64,000 nt of DNA from the NCBI RefSeq assembly GCF_000002075.1, contig NW_004797351.1, positions 1,139,199 to 1,203,198 of the forward strand, given 5' to 3'. The translations under genes and the position numbers were made by a program. A model generated the notes under the pieces. That model made no database searches. It was not told the origin of the DNA and saw nothing but the letters and a program-made list of their open reading frames with translations. Below, one piece after another: positions 34,937 through 48,515 of this stretch. Source of the DNA: Aplysia californica (taxonomy: Eukaryota). Position 1 is the first letter of the stretch, and each line of letters starts with the position of its first letter.

Positions 34937-37900
34937 AAAGACAAACAGGTAGTGGTTGTAGTATTGTGGATTGGCAAAAGATTATTTTAAACATTTACCT
35001 TCAGTCATGTTCGCAGAATAAATAAATGGAGTCCCTTCAAAATTAGAACAGGCAAGGGTCCCTGTGAAGTAACAAAAATTGTCACACAGTTGTACTGCAG
35101 TTTGAAGAACCAACAGTCGACTACCCCTGAGATCTAGCAGGGGGGGAACACAAATAAAAGAAATAAACTAAACTGAAGCTGGTACTTGTAATATCATTTA
35201 TTCTGGGATTAAATGTATTCAAGATTATAAAATTGCATAATTATGTATTGTTTAAAAGCTGGAACAAAAACGGAAGAATATTGCACACCAAAATCTAGGT
35301 CTTTATGCATAAAGTATAAAAGCGAAAATAAAAAAGAAGAAAACAGATGTTTGAATAGCAAATAACAATACAGTCAAGAACATAATGTGAAGATGTGTTT
35401 ATGTACGACTAACAATTATACATGTTTTACTAACACATATCAGACCAGATCTTAGAAAAGCATGAATTATGAAACTTGTTTGACAGAAAAGTGGTCAAAC
35501 GATTACTGTCTGGCATAAAATTACTCAAAACTTGAAATAGACTAGTTTGATAAAGAAACTTTATAAAAGTAAAAGTAAAGTAAAGATGAAGAAACTTGTT
35601 TTCTTGAGAATTTCCATCTCTATGATTAACTACGTCTTCTCAATTACCTGTTAAATCTTCAACCTTCATATCTTATTTATCAAATACAATATTGTCTACA
35701 TTTTGCATTATAAAGCACTGAAGCATTTAGAAGGAATGGAAAGTTAATGCATAGTGAATGGAATTCTTGGAATCTGAGTGAGGAAAAACAATCCCACGGT
35801 ATTTTGTGTTTGGACAACATTAAAAATGGATTTCGGAAGCTCTTTCATGATTCTTGCACATAGTGGAACATAGTTCGATCATTTTGAGATACTTTAAGAA
35901 TGAAGACAGCTTTGTATTGCTTACAGGATAAAATACTGATATGTTAAGTCAATGGTAGAAATGTCTAAAATATCAGAAGCACCAAATCTAAAACGATTGC
36001 TGTGTACAAAATAACTTGACCTTTTCACACACCATTATGCCCAGCAACAATTCCATTTTCTCTGAGCCTGCCCTAGTCTGCCTCATACCTTCACAGGAAA
36101 CTCATCATTTTGGGAATCGCTCCAGGTGAAACAAGCAATTATGAAACTTTGCAGAATTGCCTGAAAAGATGTGTAAGATGAAGCGCAAAAGTGACAACTG
36201 TCGTGTGCAACGATGGGAAAAGTGAAAAAGTTGTATTTATTTTATGCACTGAGTCTTTTCCCGTATTTTTTTTCGCACATGGAAACTTTTGCTGTGGACT
36301 CAAACTCGAGTGAAAGAGATGCTAATAATTGACATTAGAAAAGTTGTATACGACTGAAGATTGTTTATGTTCCACGCCCCTATTGATACAGTTTAGATTG
36401 TTCAGATGGACTGTTTCAGCCTTCTTGTGGGGGCAGAACCGGATACAACATCCCAGTTGACACACTCCCGATAAAATACTTTTTCCATGTCAGATTGAAA
36501 CTCATGTCATTCGTCTAACCAACACGCAGGAGATACCAGTAAACGTTCTGAGCTGGGAAAAAGTAACGCAGACAGAAACTGGAAGAATTTTCAAAGACAT
36601 ACAGTTGGGCCTATCTATGATGCATCCAGTCCCATATAGGTATATGCCACCATTGGAAACTACCTAAACTTAAAAAACGCTCGAAAACAAATTGGTAAGG
36701 AGCTCTGAAAAGCATCAGAGAAATTAATATTTTTTCCCATACAGGTTGGACGAATAAGGAGGGAAGAAAAGGAAATAATTAATGCTGTCTCAACAATAAC
36801 TGAACCCAAAAAGCTCCTGGAAAAGAGTTACACATATTCTCTTAGGCAAATTATTATTTATATAATGTATCCTATCGACACAAATCTTCATTCATAGGCT
36901 CCTTGAGCACAAGGATAAAGGCCAGCTCAGGTGAATGCCATCACCTCTCATGACTTCCAAAACCTTATATTTAGACTGAGATCCTTCTTATCAGCTCTAA
37001 ACCACTCTGAACTCTCAAAAGCCGACCTCATCTCATTTTCTTAACTACTGGTACAAAAAAAATTTGGATAATTCCATGTTTGTCCATGGAGAGCCGAGAA
37101 CAATTCACTTGTTTGGATACAAGGAAAAACTATCCTACATTCACAAAACTGACCAATCACATAAAATTAACTGAAACAACTACATCAAAGTTCTGTACTT
37201 GATTATTAATATTATCCAGCAGAAAAGATATCAATATCTATAAACAAAAAACTTGGACAGATAAGTAATACGAATTGATTAATCAATCTAGAAAAAAAAA
37301 TCCAAACATTACAACAGCAGTGAACACCTACCAGACACACTCACTGTCTGCAGGAGCTTAATGGACTAAAAAAGGTCAAGTTGTGACATGAATAGAAGAA
37401 TGGAAAAAAAAGTGAATTCTAAAAGATGCCAAATTCACATGATAAGTGTCTCATTTCCATTTCCTCCTGAGCCAAAAAACACATGCCTTGAATGTACATA
37501 TAGCCTACTTAACCCTATCCGTATGTCATGTTTTACAATCGTATCCTATGACGTGGGGAACTCTGTGCCACCACTTTCCAAAGAGGAAATTTACTCGTTA
37601 ATCCGACCTGTATGCTTTGCAATATAGCAGTCTGTCAAAATCCTTTTTTGAAAAATACTGAAAGTTTCAAAGAGATCTTCGTACTAGAAGTATTCTAAAA
37701 TGTGAAGAATACAACCCCGGGGGTACAAAATGACCCCACGGCGTATGGATAGTCAAAGACCCAAAAATACATCTGGAGCACACATTTGTGATACGGAATT
37801 TTGGATCATACACATAAACTTGAAGTTAAATATCCTACACCATACACTGTTATAATGGCCTACATTCTTTGCTTTCCACGAACAAACTTTGCATTGGTGT

Positions 37901-39544
37901 GCACAACAGGTGCTCAAATGAAGGGCAAACACCAGTCTGGCTATAGAGGCGAGTGTGTGCAGCATCTTTCCACCTCACCCTTCATCTGGCTCTGACTTGA
38001 GTCAAATATTGTGCTCCATAGTGATTCAGCATTACGTTAGAGTGTACAGTCTAGGATAATAAAATACAAGAGTATACTCATACGTACTAAAATATTTTTT
38101 CATTTTTTCTTGATGAATGTAATGACCTTTTGTTCGTAAGTAAGAAATATACTGTATACAGAGACTTACAGGTAAAGTTTTATGAGAACACAAATTCCAT
38201 CAACTAGACATTGGCATTTTGCACCAACAAGATTATGTATTCGCGAGGAGAAAAATAATCTGGATTTAAAATAATCTAACTGTTACAAAGCACAGAGACT
38301 GAGGAAAAGTGTTATAAAATGTGAGGCTGATGTGCTAATGCCAACTTCAAGGAATGAATAAAATGATTTTAAAAAAAAAGTTAATAACAATTTACTGTGT
38401 ATCAAACAAACATAATTTCCAGTCGAAATGTGGGGTAAAAAACACTCCACTTCCAATATCACAAACATGTAATGCACATAAATAAACCAAGGATATTATG
38501 CAATGTGCAAACTTCTTTTCTTTCCCCTCAAAGGACATTAAAGCACAACTCCTTTTGCAAAAATGGCATTATGCACAAGACAAAATGAAAGACACATTTG
38601 ACAGCAAATCCTTTTTATCAACAAATACAAAACTCTTTTTAACTGTTACCTTTCTACCATCAGCTCCTTGTACGTAGACCATTTGTTAAAAAATCATAAG
38701 ATCTTACAAGGAAAGTTATAATTTAAAAAACTACATAAATCATATGGGTTTAAATAATAAAACACCTTTCAAAACTGTGAGGATAAATAAGAGGCAAGGC
38801 ATCTGAATTGAACATCCATCTCAAATGGGTCTGAGCAAACTAGACAAACAACCCTGAAAACTCTTTAAACAGCCCATCTTCAAGAACTCCCCAAGAGGGA
38901 ATTGAACCTGAACCATTCACTCTATAGCCGAGCATGATACAGAATGTGCTCAAGGCACATTCATCCTCTAAAATTTTGAGCAAAGAGAAGCACACTGAGA
39001 TGATAACGATAATTTTAGTGCTGAGGGAAAAAGTAGGGCAGACTGCTGGCAGAAAAGCAAAAGGGAAGGTGAAGAAGAACTACCTCTTTACTTCCTTGAA
39101 AAGTGGAGAGTTCCATTTATAAATATAGCATGTAATAAAAACAGATTGCATTTATATAGCACATACCCCTGTTCGAACGAAGGCTCTATGGCTCATTACA
39201 ATTAGATTATTACTCCCCCCGACTCTGCAACACATTAGACATTATCCAATTTTCTGCTGTCAGTCACATCAAACCTTAATAATACACGAATAAATGATGT
39301 TTGGTTAAGATTTCCTTGAATGTGTCACCATGGTTCTTTTTCTCAAACAAACTATCCACAATCACTGAAAAGAGGGAGCCACTGCACTAAAAAACAACAG
39401 AGCGCAAAAACGAAAGTATAACTAGTTTTATAAAAATGACGTCTGTGATATGTCACATCGTCACAGTCATAATCCAGTTGCCCAAGTCATTTTTCCCCCG
39501 GATTCTAATCTTCGGTATGGTACACTGACGATAGATGGCTCCGA

Positions 39545-40710
39545 GCCCAAGCTCCATGAGATTCTAATTAGAGTGAGAGTAAAAAGCAAGTAACAGGTCA
39601 ACAGCTTTGAATACTTTAGTTGCACAATTGGACCACATGTAAAATGTGACACAGAGATTATTAAAAAAATGAGAATCGCAGTAACTGAAAGAATTTCAAC
39701 AAGATGAACCCTTTCCTCAATAATAACAGAAGCACATCAGTGAACATAAAGATGAAAACCCTGAAAGCGTACATGTGGTCAGTCCTTTTGTATGGGTGCC
39801 AGAGCTGGACCCTACACAAGGACACAGAGAGATGACTGGAAACTGGCGAAATGTTAAGAATACTTAGAATTCCTTAGAGAGAGGAAAACAAATAGAGAAA
39901 TGCTCTAAATAGCAGGTTGTGAAAGACCTACAATGGGGATCTCCTGGTCTTGAGGTATGGCGTTCGCCTCTCATTCAAAAGCTCCTAAGATCAAATCCTA
40001 ACTGTGACGAAAAAGTTGTCATCTCTAAAAATTTCTCCTTACACTCCTTTCCTGTTTTTCAGTCCTCCACTCTCCTTCACTCCTGACTCTTTCTCTAAGC
40101 TGTCTTTCTGCCACACCCCTGATCTTAGGGAAAGTAAGCCCGAACACCTAGCCTTCTCAGAAAAAAATGTATGTTAAAGATCCTTTGATGATCCAAAATT
40201 TGATAAGAAGAGTAGGCTTCGGCCGTCAACTGAGCAAATTTCAAAATTAATTCCCACCAAAAGTGAAAATACTCTAGTCAGTGGTATAACAACATATAGG
40301 CCTATAGAGTACCTTCGAAATTGGAATGCGGCTGTCTGAAGGCAAAGAGCTGCACAAAGTAGGAAAAACGGTTGCATGTAAAAATCAGTTGCACTGCAGA
40401 TAGAAGAACCAGCAGTCAACCACCCCTGAGATTAAGCAGGGGAACACAAAGAAGAAGAAAGAACTGTAATCAGAAAGAGACAACTGAGATTCTAGGGCCA
40501 CATGAATAGATCAAAAGAACAAGAAAAACTGCAGCTGAGTGGAAAGATAGAGTGAAAGAAGAGTAGAAGAATAGAGAAAGCAACATACACCGATGGCCAG
40601 AACAACTTTTCGATAAATACCACTCTGACAAAAATCAAGCAGACAACAGGAAGGAGCCGGGAACCATGATCCTCAATGTCTGCTCCAGACCTGACACCTG
40701 AAGAAGAAGA
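39545..40710 (+). mobile_element. RTE-like LINE fragment interrupted by a Nin-like SINE and a second insert
   Basis: FEYF, LKAYMWSVLLYGCQSWTL before 39930; RKRQLRFLGHM resumes ~40470; (GAA)n tail at ~40700. Confidence 0.72.
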
Positions 40711-43700
40711 GGTCTTCGGTACGCCAAAAGTGCCTGTTGTTCGGTATTCTTAATAAATTTTATAAAGGAGGGTTTTATTTTCTAGAGTTACAAATCCAAG
40801 GATTGAGATGTTATCACTTTCTCTCTAGTCATAAGTAGTAGTAGAACAGGCACATTTTTTTTTCAAGTTTTCTCAAAACAACCAAAATGACTAGGTAGGG
40901 CAATTGTTTATGAAGGTGAGATATGGGGAGATAGCTTGAGCTACCAACTGGAGCACAATGCTGAAAGTGAAAGAGTTTACAAAGAACAAAGATCAAAACT
41001 AACTGGCAATTAATTCAGTTCAGGGTATAGGTACTTGATTGAACATAATAATATTATTCCCTACTAGCTTGACTGATGATGTAAATTACTTATCTTTTTA
41101 AAAATAAATGTCAAGATATTGGAACAAAGTAACCCATTTACATAATATTATAAAACCTAATGCCAATTTGGATAACTCTTTGGACCTTTTATTTTGGAAT
41201 GTGAGCTCTTAGAAATAAACTTAAGCTTAAATTATATTGTTTAACTTTATTCATAACAATGTCTAGTGAACTGAGATATTCTTTGATTTAAAGGAGGCTT
41301 ACTTGCCAGAATACAAACATGCAAAATGTTGAGAAAGAATGCCATTCCCAATCAGGTCTGCATAGTATCAGTTTGAATATGAATAAATTATTGAAGCTGC
41401 AAAAGACTGGATCACTTGAAAAAAATTACAAGTAAGGTAGTAGCTATACAATTTTAACAATTTCTTATTTTGGGGCTTTAGATAAAAATGCTTCTGATTT
41501 TTTCCCAATTGTATATATCGTGTTGAACATTAGTTTCCTCAAACCCCAATTTAGCACTGCCTTAAATTTTGCACAGTCAAGCTGTACATAATAATGGTGT
41601 TATGTTCTAACTATGTAACTGGTTTCTTGAAACTTTTTTCACATAACCCTCCCCCCGATTCAAATGATGAAAGAAAACATAGTAAAAAATAATAAGCCCA
41701 TAGAATTTCCATACTGCTAAAACTACTTGGCAACACTTAATTTTTATTGAAATGGTTTTACAATGAGGAAAAGAGTTGACCTATGACCTATTTCTCCCAG
41801 TTACATGGTCAGAGCATACCACAGTTGATTAGGCCAACATCTGTGTAGCACAGGGGTTGCGCTGTGTTTCTGAGTAGTGATATGTGATAACAGAGACAGC
41901 CAGAGATGAGAACAGGCTAATAATTGACAGCAATTTTACACCCCCAATGACAAAATTTAGATTTTTTAAGAACACAGGCTGCTTCAGCCCTGCCTGGCAG
42001 TGCAGGGACAACCTGTGCTGAACGGGACACAATGTCCCAACAGACACTAAATGACATTACTTCTCCACATAGGTATACAACACACAACTTCTGATGTTTG
42101 TTTTTGTAGAGGCTTTACAGCACTCGCAACAGAATAAGGTCATACAAGCGCCAGAAGATTAGTGGTGTTACAAGAGAGTAACAAACATAAAAAAGAAGGA
42201 GGGGAGATAAGGACGATAGATTTTTTTATAGGAAAGAAGAAGCAAACCACACCAGAGCACCCGCCAACCACCCACACAACTTCTGAGTGCAGCTGCAAAC
42301 AGCCCAATTGTTGCACTACAACATGGGCTAAGGACTGGAGCAAAAGTATCACCTGGCTCACACACAAGTAACATTACATCACGTTCATAAGGAAGTCGTT
42401 TTTGGCAGGTTTGGAGTTTTTGGTTCTGTAATGAAGAGCAGAGCCAGCTTGGTAGTATAGTTCAGTTGGACAAAAGAATAATCCACATATAAAATCAATT
42501 GAGAGTACCAAAATTCAAGCATTCCACAGAGTCAATTGTTCGACGAAAGAAACAGTTTTTTTCCATTTTCTCAAAATGGATAAAAATGACTTAGGCATTT
42601 ATCTTATGAGCATGACGATAAACACTCAATCAATAATTATAACAAGATTTTTGTCCTGTTCAGGTTTGGGGAAAAAAGCCAAAGGTCAATACATGGACAA
42701 CGCAAACAGCTAATTGAGTCGTACATAGTTCTTCCCATTTGCAAAGCTAAGGAAAGACAAAACTCATAAGTTTAAATATTTTTTAAAAAAGCAAAACTGT
42801 AGCACCTATGGAACAGGTAAAAGACAAATAGGCAAACACAGTAGGACACTGTTCAATAAAAATGGACTGAACAGAATATGGCTGAGAAAAAATCCAACCC
42901 ATAACCAATTTTGCCTTTTTAGGCAAGCCAAAATATCGTCAGAATTTTAAAAAATCCCTTCAATTAGCAACAGTGTACAAACATATGGCAGGACAAAGTT
43001 GAACAAAAAAAGCCTTATCTAAAGGAATCCAGGCCTCTGCACTGACCCCAATGATAATGCAGTAAACAAAGAGAGGAGCACAACTACACCTATTCATAAG
43101 GCACTAGTAACAACTAATGGTGAACACTGCTTGTTCTAAATAGACATTAATTCTTTTTTAAACGTACATATTTTTATGCCCCCATCAACACTATTTTGTA
43201 TAATTTTTAGAGGCAGGCTTCAACCCTACCTGTCACAGCCAACCTGAGCTGAGAATGATACATCATCCCAGCTGAAAGACAGATACTCCGTTCAACTCAA
43301 CATGCAAAAATCTAACTCAGGTCCTCTGCCTGTGGCAGTGAAGTGCCTAAATGCTACACCACAGACAATATAACATTTCAAACAGGGGGGGGGGGTAGTT
43401 GTAGCCTCCTCTGATAGTATAGGTCCTACTTCTTTATTCTCCCTCTGTTATTTCTACCTGTGACGCTTATTTTTCCTCAAGCATTTAATTACTTTTACTG
43501 TGCCGATGTACTTTTTTAACTCACAAAAATAGTCAAACATCTCTGACAACAATATCCACTGTGAGAGCTATATAGTCTGAAACAGCATGCAAACCACACT
43601 GTTTCTGTACAAAACTTGATAATATGTTACCTAAAAGATGCCATCAAAAAAGATAAATGTTAAATAATTCTTCTTAAGCTTTCCTCAAACAATAACAAGA

Positions 43701-45699
43701 AATTCTTGCACATCATCAGTGTTTACAAGCATTTCTAAAAGCTGAAATATTTCAAGCCGGTGGAAGATTTGTTACTGATTGGAAGTGAAAATGGATGAAA
43801 TATAATGAACAATTACGTGAGCTAATAAAAACTTATCCTACTTCTATAGATATGGGTGGGCAATAAAATTTTTTATTAAATAATCATTAAATGAGGCGAG
43901 AGAATACTGAACAGCCAAAGCAAATATGTTCCGAAGTATGGTATCTTTAGATTTTATACTACTTGTATATTTTGCAGCACTGATCTCTCAATTGGCTTTA
44001 AAAACTATTTGTACTTTTAAGAAGTGTCTGTAGACACTTAAATGAACTAGGAGTACACTTTATACTTTATATGACCAGCTGGGTCCTAATGCTTGCTGGG
44101 TCAGTCCAATTTTTCAAAATTAATTGTCCTCTCTTTTCTTGATCTACAAAACCCATAGAACATTAGGCAAAAGACTTGGAGCAGGTTTGTGCAACATGTG
44201 ATGGTCACAGAGAGGTCACCCAATTTAAAAAGTCTCTGTGTGGACAGCAGATGGCCAGTCTTTCACCCGCCAAAGAAAATATTTTTTATTAATTTCTTTT
44301 GACACAAAGAGGCTGTGCAACTGTCAGTTTTCGCTGGATATGTAATACCTCTTTACTGTCTGCCAACACCTCTATTCTTCACCACTATATGATCTATTTA
44401 TGTTGTCATTATTCTCTTACTAATATAAAAAAGTCATCACGTTTTCAAATTGTATCCTAAAATGGCTCCAGGGCAACCACACAAAATTCTGTTTAATTAA
44501 ACGGAATAAATAAATATGGAGAAAGGTCCCAGTTGTCTGAAATTTTGGATATTGAAATAATGGCACATTCTTGGTACAAATTCATGCAACAAGCTGATTT
44601 TAAACTTTTTCAAATATCTCAAGTAGTTTTAAAGATATTCCACATTTTGTGACACAAGGTGTAAAAACAAAGTTTGGAGAAAACCCAATTTCTAGCGCAT
44701 TTCTAATCTTTTCTAAAGTACAACATTTTGCAAAAATAACTAAGTACAAATATTTAGACTTAAAATATTATAAAATCCATTTTAATATGTTATTAAGAAA
44801 TGGTTAAACGTGTGTTTATGATATAACTAAATTGCTTACCAGTACAACTTTTTTTTTTTCCTTTTCCCCTCATTGGTCAAAAGTAGCTTTGCCGTCAAAG
44901 GGGACCTTTCTCCAGGCACACACACACATATAACAGGCGTGCACAGAACTGAGAGCAGAGCAAGTTTTAAGATATTGGTCTCACAGCCTTTTTTTTTAGA
45001 ATCTCCCAAAGTCAAAATATGTTCAACAAATGAGATTAAAAAATAGAAAAACTAACATTGCTTTAATTGAAATACTACAATATGATCGCAATGGTGGCGT
45101 CAGGCGCTGGCAAGCAGTGGCAAACTAATTGCTCACAAGGCCAAAGGGGTGGCGTTAAAAATCAGAGTGAATGGACTTCTCCTAATGATGTGTGTTGTAA
45201 TGTGTGCTGAAGAGTTAAATAAAACAACCAGCCCAAGGATTCTTTTCACTCTTTTAACAATGTATTACTGGCCAAGGGATTGAGAGGGGCAGCTCAGAGA
45301 ACAACCTGAGGTTCTAGTTTATTGCCTTAAATAGAGATGGGCCTGACAAGGTGATGCAGCAACAGTGAGTGCTGTAGTGTGGTAGGTAATCATTGTACAG
45401 AAAAATTAGGCTCAGTGCTGTGAGGTGTGGAAACTATTTTGTTTCAATCGCTAGCAGAACGAAGCAAAAGTAGGTAAAAATGAACAGTCGGAAATACAAG
45501 TGCGCTCTAATTTGATACAAAAATATTCATGAGAATTGACCTGACAGGTTCAAATGACAGTTTGAGTGAATCCAAAAACTTTACAATTTGACTACGATAT
45601 ACTGAGATCATTTCAAGAGTTCATTAAGAATATTATACACAATTGGCATGTGACCTGGGACTCTTTTATTATGCAATCAAGGGATGCACCTTAAATATG

Positions 45700-45706
45700 C
45701 GTGAGG

Positions 45707-45737
<31 letters not shown>

Positions 45738-45806
45738 CGCCCGTGGGTGTGTGCGTGTGCAAATGTGTGTATGCATGCGTGACTGTGTTGGTGTGGGCCT
45801 GTGAGT

Positions 45807-45843
<37 letters not shown>

Positions 45844-45870
45844 TGTGTGTGTGTGAGTGTGTGTGTGTAT
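45700..45870. repeat. (TG)n-rich microsatellite
   Basis: Seen directly. Confidence 0.9.
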
Positions 45871-48515
45871 GCATCTAGACGGTCAAAAGCTGAGTATAAC
45901 TAGAATACTTCAATAATTGTTTTGCACATTTTTTCAATACCTCAAATAAATCAAACTTAATGATTGGAGAAATATGTTCAGGTAGTGTGTTCACAAAACA
46001 AACACCCTCACAAAAAAAAAAGGAAAATTACAGATTTTAAAAAAGTGGAGAATACAAAAAAATATTTGAAGTTCAATTATAAAATCACACGTAGACCCAT
46101 TCCTGTATAAATGAAGATGGACTTTCTTTTACAAAAAACAAACTGGCTTTAAAAAGCCATTCCCAAGACATTAACAAACAATGGTGCTCGCATCACTACA
46201 ATCAGCACAAAACAAATTTGACGGTGAGCAGTTTAAGGAGACATAAGACATCAGTACAATGCATTATAGTGTATAAACATACATATGCTCTAAGTCTTTC
46301 CTTTCTCCGATTAAATTGATAAATTTGAACGGCTTATCCATATAAACTTAAATTACAATAATCACAAAGAGGTAAAAACCAAAGAAACAACAGCTAAAAA
46401 CCCGTAAAAATCTCTTTACATTAAAATATATATCACTCAAATTGTGGAAGGAACAGCAGTTTTTTAAAAAAAGGAGAATTTTTTAAACTGTGAAAATCTT
46501 GAATACCAACACAAGATCTTTTCCACAAACATTTTAAACAGTATTTACACTCTTACAGACTTCCATGTGATCTAGGTTACTTATTGCTTGCTCGAAAACA
46601 TTTTATGCTCTTATTGACACACCAAATCATTCAGGACCTGGTTGGCTTCAACCCTTCCTTTTATGGCTAGTCCAGGCAGAGTGGGATACAACATCTCCAG
46701 CAGACAGACTTGGATACTTCATCAAAAAACTTCCTTACTTGGGAATCTAACTCGTGGGTTTTTTTTAACACACAAAAACAAAGTCTAACCATTGCAATAC
46801 AGACTCCATTCCAGAACTGCACTACTGTTTGGAGTTTTTGTAAATATGTACTGAAGTCTAAACGTACACTTATGATCTCAAAACTTAGACCTTTATAAAA
46901 GTGCAAATTATGATCCCTCTACATATTTCGATGAAAAGTGACTCCTGGGTCACAAAATACTGCCAAACCACTTTTATACTCTAAACAATCAGGCATACAC
47001 CAGATGCTTTCCAATCAAAAACACAAGACAGATGGGTTCATGTCTGTTCACAAAGTCTCATGTCACCCATCAAGAGCTGAACTTGTGTGTTATAACTAGA
47101 GTGGGAATATTTTCTTTTTCTGTAAAAAAATGTAGTGTCTAACAAACCACATATGCCTGCCACTCTGCAAGACCAGCCTGCAACATCTGTTTTTTCCAAT
47201 TACGGAAGTTGGGGCCCTACTCAGGAAAAGTGGGATGCACTCCAGCAGAAAGACAAGGATAATCAATTTAATATCTTTCCAAAATGGAAATAAACGTTAA
47301 GTGCTTCATTTGCAAAGCAAAGACAAAGAGCTTAACTATCTAACCATTGATGACTGTAAAACTTTCTATGAAATGATTATCTATCCCTCTGGCGAGCAGC
47401 TGATGACAGAAATGGGTGATGGTCATTGACTGACTGTCACTTATCCAAAGTGAACAATTTTTGCAAACGATAATCATTCCTTGTTCAAAATGTCCATATC
47501 TGAGAGCACAATCTGACTGTGGCATCAGTAACACTCAGAGAAAGGTAGATACAGGGATGATGGCGAGGGGACACACATTTGTAGCACTATGATTTAAAAA
47601 AAAAAAGAAAAAATAGAAATGCACATCGCCTCCATGAAATTTTACTTCCCCTGCTCACTATAGTTTCAGGCTTTACTGGGTGCACTGGTAATTTCTCTAT
47701 TATTTTAAACTTAAATCATTATAATTGTAGCCTGAGATTAATACATCCCTATGTTGTGTAAATGAAAAGAAACCAGGGTGCTACAGACCACATAACTGCC
47801 CTGGGATCTTCAGACAACTCCTCGTACAGAGCCAAACAAATTTGAATAATCAGCTAAGGGAATGAGATATCTGTGGGGTGCTACACTTCACCATTGAAAA
47901 TGGTAAATGTATTTGGACACAAAATTATAGTCAAATTCAGTACTTGATGTTGATCTGTGTTACACTTCACCACTAGGAAAAGGTATTTATGTCGATGACT
48001 AATGGGAAAGTTGCGTACAGGTACACTGAGAAAAGAGGAAAATATCACTTTGGTAACCACTTCTAAAATGAGATGAAACAGTAGAGTAAAATCATTTATA
48101 TGATGTTCTTTTTCATACTACTTACATGAAACAGCAATTTATACTGCAGGAAAAAGGTGAAAATTAATTTTTTTAAAACAGAAATGAACATTTTAAGACA
48201 TTTTTTAAGGGAAAAAAAAAGATTCCAAAAATGCATCTGAAACTGGAATTCTACCATAAAAAAACTTAACAGAAATTCAGTATTTAAAGATGAAAACACT
48301 TTCATAACTTTCTGCATCCAAATAAAACAAAGGTACAGGGTAAAATGTATAAACTTGAGCACATAAATCAATCTATTACAATGACTAGTCGCAAAAATCT
48401 ATTTAGGCTAAAACTGTACTCCAACTATTTCTATGGGCCAAGTAAGTTGAATTCAAAACCAGCCACTTCATGTCTATATAAGAGGTGATCTCCTCTGTCA
48501 CTTCATGGAAGGTTT

